Shown piece after piece: positions 61,201 through 64,000 of a stretch of 64,000 bases of DNA. The notes beneath the pieces were generated by a model that was given only the letters and a program-made list of their open reading frames with translations, was not told the DNA's origin and searched no databases. How positions within the stretch are numbered: position 1 is the first letter of the stretch; every line of letters begins with the position of its first letter. The DNA is taken from NCBI GenBank assembly GCA_964187785.1, contig OZ076409.1:58034001-58098000 (forward strand), given 5' to 3'. The stretch is from Amphiscolops sp. MND2022 (lineage: Eukaryota). The position numbers and the translations under genes are program-made.

Positions 61201-61830
61201 CCCTTGCCTCAACAAGAAACTGCGAAGTTCGCCACTGAAAGTTTGGTTTTTGCAGATGTGGATCCATTGGTGGATCAGATGAAAACTCGGTCGAGGATGG
61301 AATTGTATACTTCCCACTGCAGCGTATCCGAAATGTCCAAGGAAAATACGGAGAACTCACCAGACAAATTCGTTGTAGAAAGAAACTGGCAGGAAGTCAG
61401 TACTAAACCCCTCCTTTTGGAGAACAAGCAAGTCTGGCAAGACGAAAGGCACCTAGCTGTGAGTGACCATATGAAAGTCGAACAAGACGAAAACATGGGT
61501 TTCTCAATTGTAGAAGAAAAGAACGAACATGAAAGTTTTGCAATTAAATCAAACCTCCGAACCTTGGAAGAATTTACTGTGATGCTTGATTTGCGGAAAG
61601 AGAATATAGATGTCGCCTCCGTACGACAGCATGTCGAAGAAAAGCAACCAATTCAAATGCAAGCCGTGAAGTTCGCTGCCAAGACATTAACACTTGAAGA
61701 AGGAAAAAGGTGTTCTCAATTGGAAAAAGTTGTTGGATTCGTGAAGGAGTGTCTTCGATACATCGCTTTTCCTCTTGAACTTCATGGAGGTTCAAGGGGA
61801 GTTCCGGTGTATCAGACACACCAGCAGTGA
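58249..61830 (+). CDS. gag: BEL/Pao Gag-protease polyprotein (1193 aa)
   Basis: LPKLKLAEFSGDPLEW (DUF1759-type Gag), BEL zinc knuckles (CFKCLSDAHQMRNC, CDVNGCGKPHHRLLH), protease ALCDSGA, ILGQD, TKLGW. No YxDD motif. Confidence 0.88.
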   Translation: MAQLKRFDINKVETFLKNSADKAQTLSYWNAAVEHGKTIRGIDENLASNDDNKQIAELLLRRIDAINRRERLIKAIQNAIKVKYQPQVPKMFSTVIKAMQSRFVELQRQNSNTGRVIVLMSALQDENQILNYLDLDEKKRSIDKLMVSNEKLREDSIANGKIVDEEDYAAACRELLQKWSDIKTKIEDLLKTGEGGAILRSLEDAEQRLADARVNSTADKSSKNCTSPQKEPQPDDEKTEDNGHNADDGQEREEGTRSLPIEELSIHSRSKRTKSNKTSVISNTSSARRVLDLEIKALKEQEELQARLTELKQKEIADLQEELARKARIAEKEIERAKVSSSGGSSLRSISPVGTPDDNLSKVSDWMNKAEETENVASTTNVPSVYQQTSVSAPVITVQSMHEGQCSALVRDLNPPVKPTISTEAASRGFGKHRTKTVIDTVSQRATAQPEVKFAPSKPSMTLSADPNLLPPTFGGIQSGAFQVPQLANTQKQYKPSQGPNIVSNARDDYYIRYSLPKLKLAEFSGDPLEWPEWSQLFQATVHAANMDDSVKMNHLKTMVTGKAKEAIAGLGYTAEMYNVAWNVLVRNFGKPQMVVNAQLKRIYSFPPMKPYDGAALIKFARIVSSCVNVLTQFNYVGDLNSEGVLGSATRKLTQDTKTKWLIYVKQMNLYQPGLAVFSEWLNDIADVQDELLLYSNLNADRAKTSYKEKAEGSTFATSAPDTASDNSKYQRECALKDGKHPIWKCEKFKKMNVEERGQKAKELKLCFKCLSDAHQMRNCSGRLCDVNGCGKPHHRLLHRPYKNEEQMQNVENVDEVSNLSSMRSSGVLPVIPVTIGSGSKTLKTFALCDSGASLSFVDESLMKTLNLTGQLVDLNVAGIHGASDISSKRLRVRIGDQKGKVKEDIMAYSHPDVNAGNRTYNLKKLKEEYPHLSVLKDSTINLKDVKVILGQDCYHLHRTIGYRKCGKSKPWAVLTKLGWMLSGPLPQQETAKFATESLVFADVDPLVDQMKTRSRMELYTSHCSVSEMSKENTENSPDKFVVERNWQEVSTKPLLLENKQVWQDERHLAVSDHMKVEQDENMGFSIVEEKNEHESFAIKSNLRTLEEFTVMLDLRKENIDVASVRQHVEEKQPIQMQAVKFAAKTLTLEEGKRCSQLEKVVGFVKECLRYIAFPLELHGGSRGVPVYQTHQQ

Positions 61831-62614
61831 TTTGTTGGAACGCAATCAACCGTCTAAAGACAATGCAAGTGATGAAACAAAAGCCGTGAAGATGTCATTT
61901 TGGAGCAAACATGATGTTGAGTTGAAGGAAAAACTTCTGGACAAAATTATTCCAAACGACAGTGAAAATTGTAGCAACTGGTTAGGTAATGGAAACTCGG
62001 GAATGGATGCAGTGGCACAAGCTAACCCTAACGTGCACACTCAACTGAACACTGGCCAGAGCAAGCAATTCGAGAAACGAGCTTGGAAGTTTGAACCTAT
62101 CTCAATTCGATTACATGGAAGGAACGAAAGCGCTCAGTTGAATACAACTGGCATCCTATATGCAAAGATTGTGATAGATGAATTTGCAGATGAAATATCG
62201 CTAATGGAAACGCGATTGGGTTCTTCAAAAGCACAAACAACAACAAGTTCGGACAGTGGGCCTTTCATAGGGCCGGCTGTATCACGGGAAGAAATGATGA
62301 TGCAACGTGACTCTTTTGGAAAATGCATCAAAGAAGAATTTAGACAACTTGAAGTCAATGATTTGGCTTGGATAGTGGATGAGAATGTGAAAAGAGCGCA
62401 CTACAAAATGGGTAGAGTGTTGGAAGTCTATCATGGAAGCGATGGGCGAGTGAGATCAGCGCTGGTGAAAACGGAAGATGGAAAACTCAAAAAACCAGTA
62501 GTGAAACTGGCACCCATGTTCTACGAAAGTGTTTTTCAGGAGAAAAACAGGGCCGGCAATGTTGGCGCCAGTCATCAGAAAGCAGAGAAAGTCGATTTGG
62601 AACATGCTGGTTGA
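61775..62614 (+). pseudogene. BEL/Pao pol C-terminal remnant (DUF5641-type integrase tail)
   Basis: LEVNDLAWIVDENVKRAHYKMGRVLEVYHGSDGRVRSALVKT...PVVKLAP. The stop lies inside the 3' LTR. Confidence 0.8.
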
Positions 62615-63502
62615 GAAACAAGAACTTAACTCTTAGAAACTTATAGATGAAAAAACTACTTAGATGAAAATTTGAAGAAAATCCTCACATTGCAAATCTT
62701 TAACCCCCCCCCCCAAATGGGTTTTCTCGAAGTCTCTCAGTCATAGAGCCATGAAACTTAGCACACATACGCAGATAGCTAACACGAACTCACCGGCTAA
62801 GTTTCAAGGTCATTCACCCATTATAACCCCCTTTACCCCTCACATGTGTGGTATTCAAGGTCATTGAACCGAAAATGTAAACATTGCTATTTACCCCTAT
62901 GACCACATTAGAATGTAACTCTGTTGAAATTTAGTGATGTTTACATTGTGTAAACATACTTTCTAACCCACCTGACCAACATGCCAAAACCACCACATTC
63001 TTTGTTTACATAGCCAATAACTTCATATTATGCCTTAAATATCATTTATTTATATAACATATTTTAACTCATATTTGCTTATATTTACTGTAGAATTGTA
63101 AACCACATTTATACCATTATTAGATAGAGATTTTCTCCACTGTATAGCTATAGTCAAGTTGGGTCTCAGGACCGCGAGACTAATTAATCTACTTCTCAAT
63201 CTTCACAACTTTTCGCTAGAGTCAGAGCGACTAAGTAGCTACTCTCATAGTTGGAGAGCCGGAGCGCGTGAAGACACTGTGAGGGAAGTGTGTGTGCAGG
63301 ATCACATCGGATCCAATTCAGTGCAAAGCGGAATCGCAGGAGATTCCACGGGTCACATCGGACCCATCAAGCCAAAAGATACAGTCCTTTAAAACAAGAA
63401 ACCAGGAATTGTTTAGTGACGGTCCACAGCACTAAGCAACGGATCAGGGCGGCGTAAAGCTTGTCAAGCCTCAGCGCAGGATAAGGGCAAGCAGCCGTTA
63501 CA
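62560..63502 (+). repeat. BEL 3' LTR (943 bp)
   Basis: Direct repeat of 56907-57832 with an ~18-bp indel near 62643 and a few substitutions. Confidence 0.95.
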
Positions 63503-64000
63503 GGGTTCAAGTAAATTTGTCATGTCTCGAAGTGTTCGGTTATTCAGTACAGAGGAAAGTTTGTCAGGAGTATTTTTTATAGGTGAAGAGTGTGATTTAT
63601 GTTCAGTTTTTTGTTCAGCTTGTACCATAAAGGAGATAGTCTTTGCAGAAATGAAGAGAAGTTCATTGTAGGAATACGTTTGCTTGTAGAGTGCTGTATA
63701 GTAAGTTCTATCTTTATCATCGAGTGGAGAAGATACTAGGTGTATAATGACATTGAGAGGTTGACTGATTTGAGTAGGAATGTTGCAAGGCAACAAAAAG
63801 TCATCGTAATGTATGAGGTATTCTTGAGGTACAATAAGTGGACGTGAAGTATTATTGTAAGGAAGCAAACAGAAGTATTGTTTTATAGGGTCATAATTTC
63901 GAAGGTAGCCTGTTATACAAGAGTGGTCGAGAGTGTACATATTTTTCATGGTGAACGGTGATGTATATTTGTAATTGACGAAAATGTGATTTTGTGGTTT

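Larger units (their letters stand above)
56907..63502 (+). mobile_element. Non-autonomous BEL/Pao LTR retrotransposon (6.6 kb)
   Basis: TSD GGGTT (56902-56906, 63503-63507). LTRs 56907-57832 and 62560-63502 (TGTT...TACA). PBS TGGTCCGCCGACCCGGA at ~57835. Purine-rich tract before the 3' LTR. Confidence 0.93.
52112..64000 (-). mobile_element. Heavily decayed Gypsy-like element interrupted by the BEL/Pao element (and by the solo LTR on its left)
   Basis: Minus-strand integrase remnants near 52400-52640 (KNGLV...NRNLGTQLR, YAHAHNT, YQMVYHRQPQIPL). Strong strand bias and ORF debris continue on both sides of the BEL insertion. Confidence 0.5.

Overview
AT-rich metazoan genomic DNA made almost entirely of nested mobile elements around one host gene. 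(1) 305-18396: a decayed Ty3/Gypsy LTR element (TSD GGCCT). A complete but frameshifted 14.4-kb Polinton/Maverick (adintovirus-like) element sits in its RT region (1509-15917; AGTAGT...ACTACT termini, ~227-bp TIRs, TSD AGGAGC). The Polinton encodes pPolB, integrase, protease, major and minor capsid proteins and two A32-like ATPases. (2) A minus-strand Cys-loop (nAChR-like) channel gene (exons ~45901-45388 and 37889-20605) has its M3-M4 loop interrupted by a very young 16.4-kb Ty3/Gypsy element (20802-37220; 1926-bp near-identical LTRs; TSD TGGGT). This element is the most unusual object in the window. Gag starts inside the LTR. A conserved accessory ORF runs across the 3' LTR boundary where a polypurine tract is expected. 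It also carries an antisense, five-exon, ~1296-aa gene with a BED-like zinc finger and what looks like a catalytically degenerate hAT-type transposase fold. Its 3' LTR gag stub is fused in frame to the host M4 helix. (3) The rest holds related LTR relics and solo LTRs, Helentron-like insertions, a Merlin-like MITE and a decayed Gypsy. That Gypsy is interrupted by a young non-autonomous BEL/Pao element (56907-63502, TSD GGGTT) that keeps gag-protease but lacks RT, RNase H and the integrase core. All protein assignments are by motif recognition only; no database searches were run.
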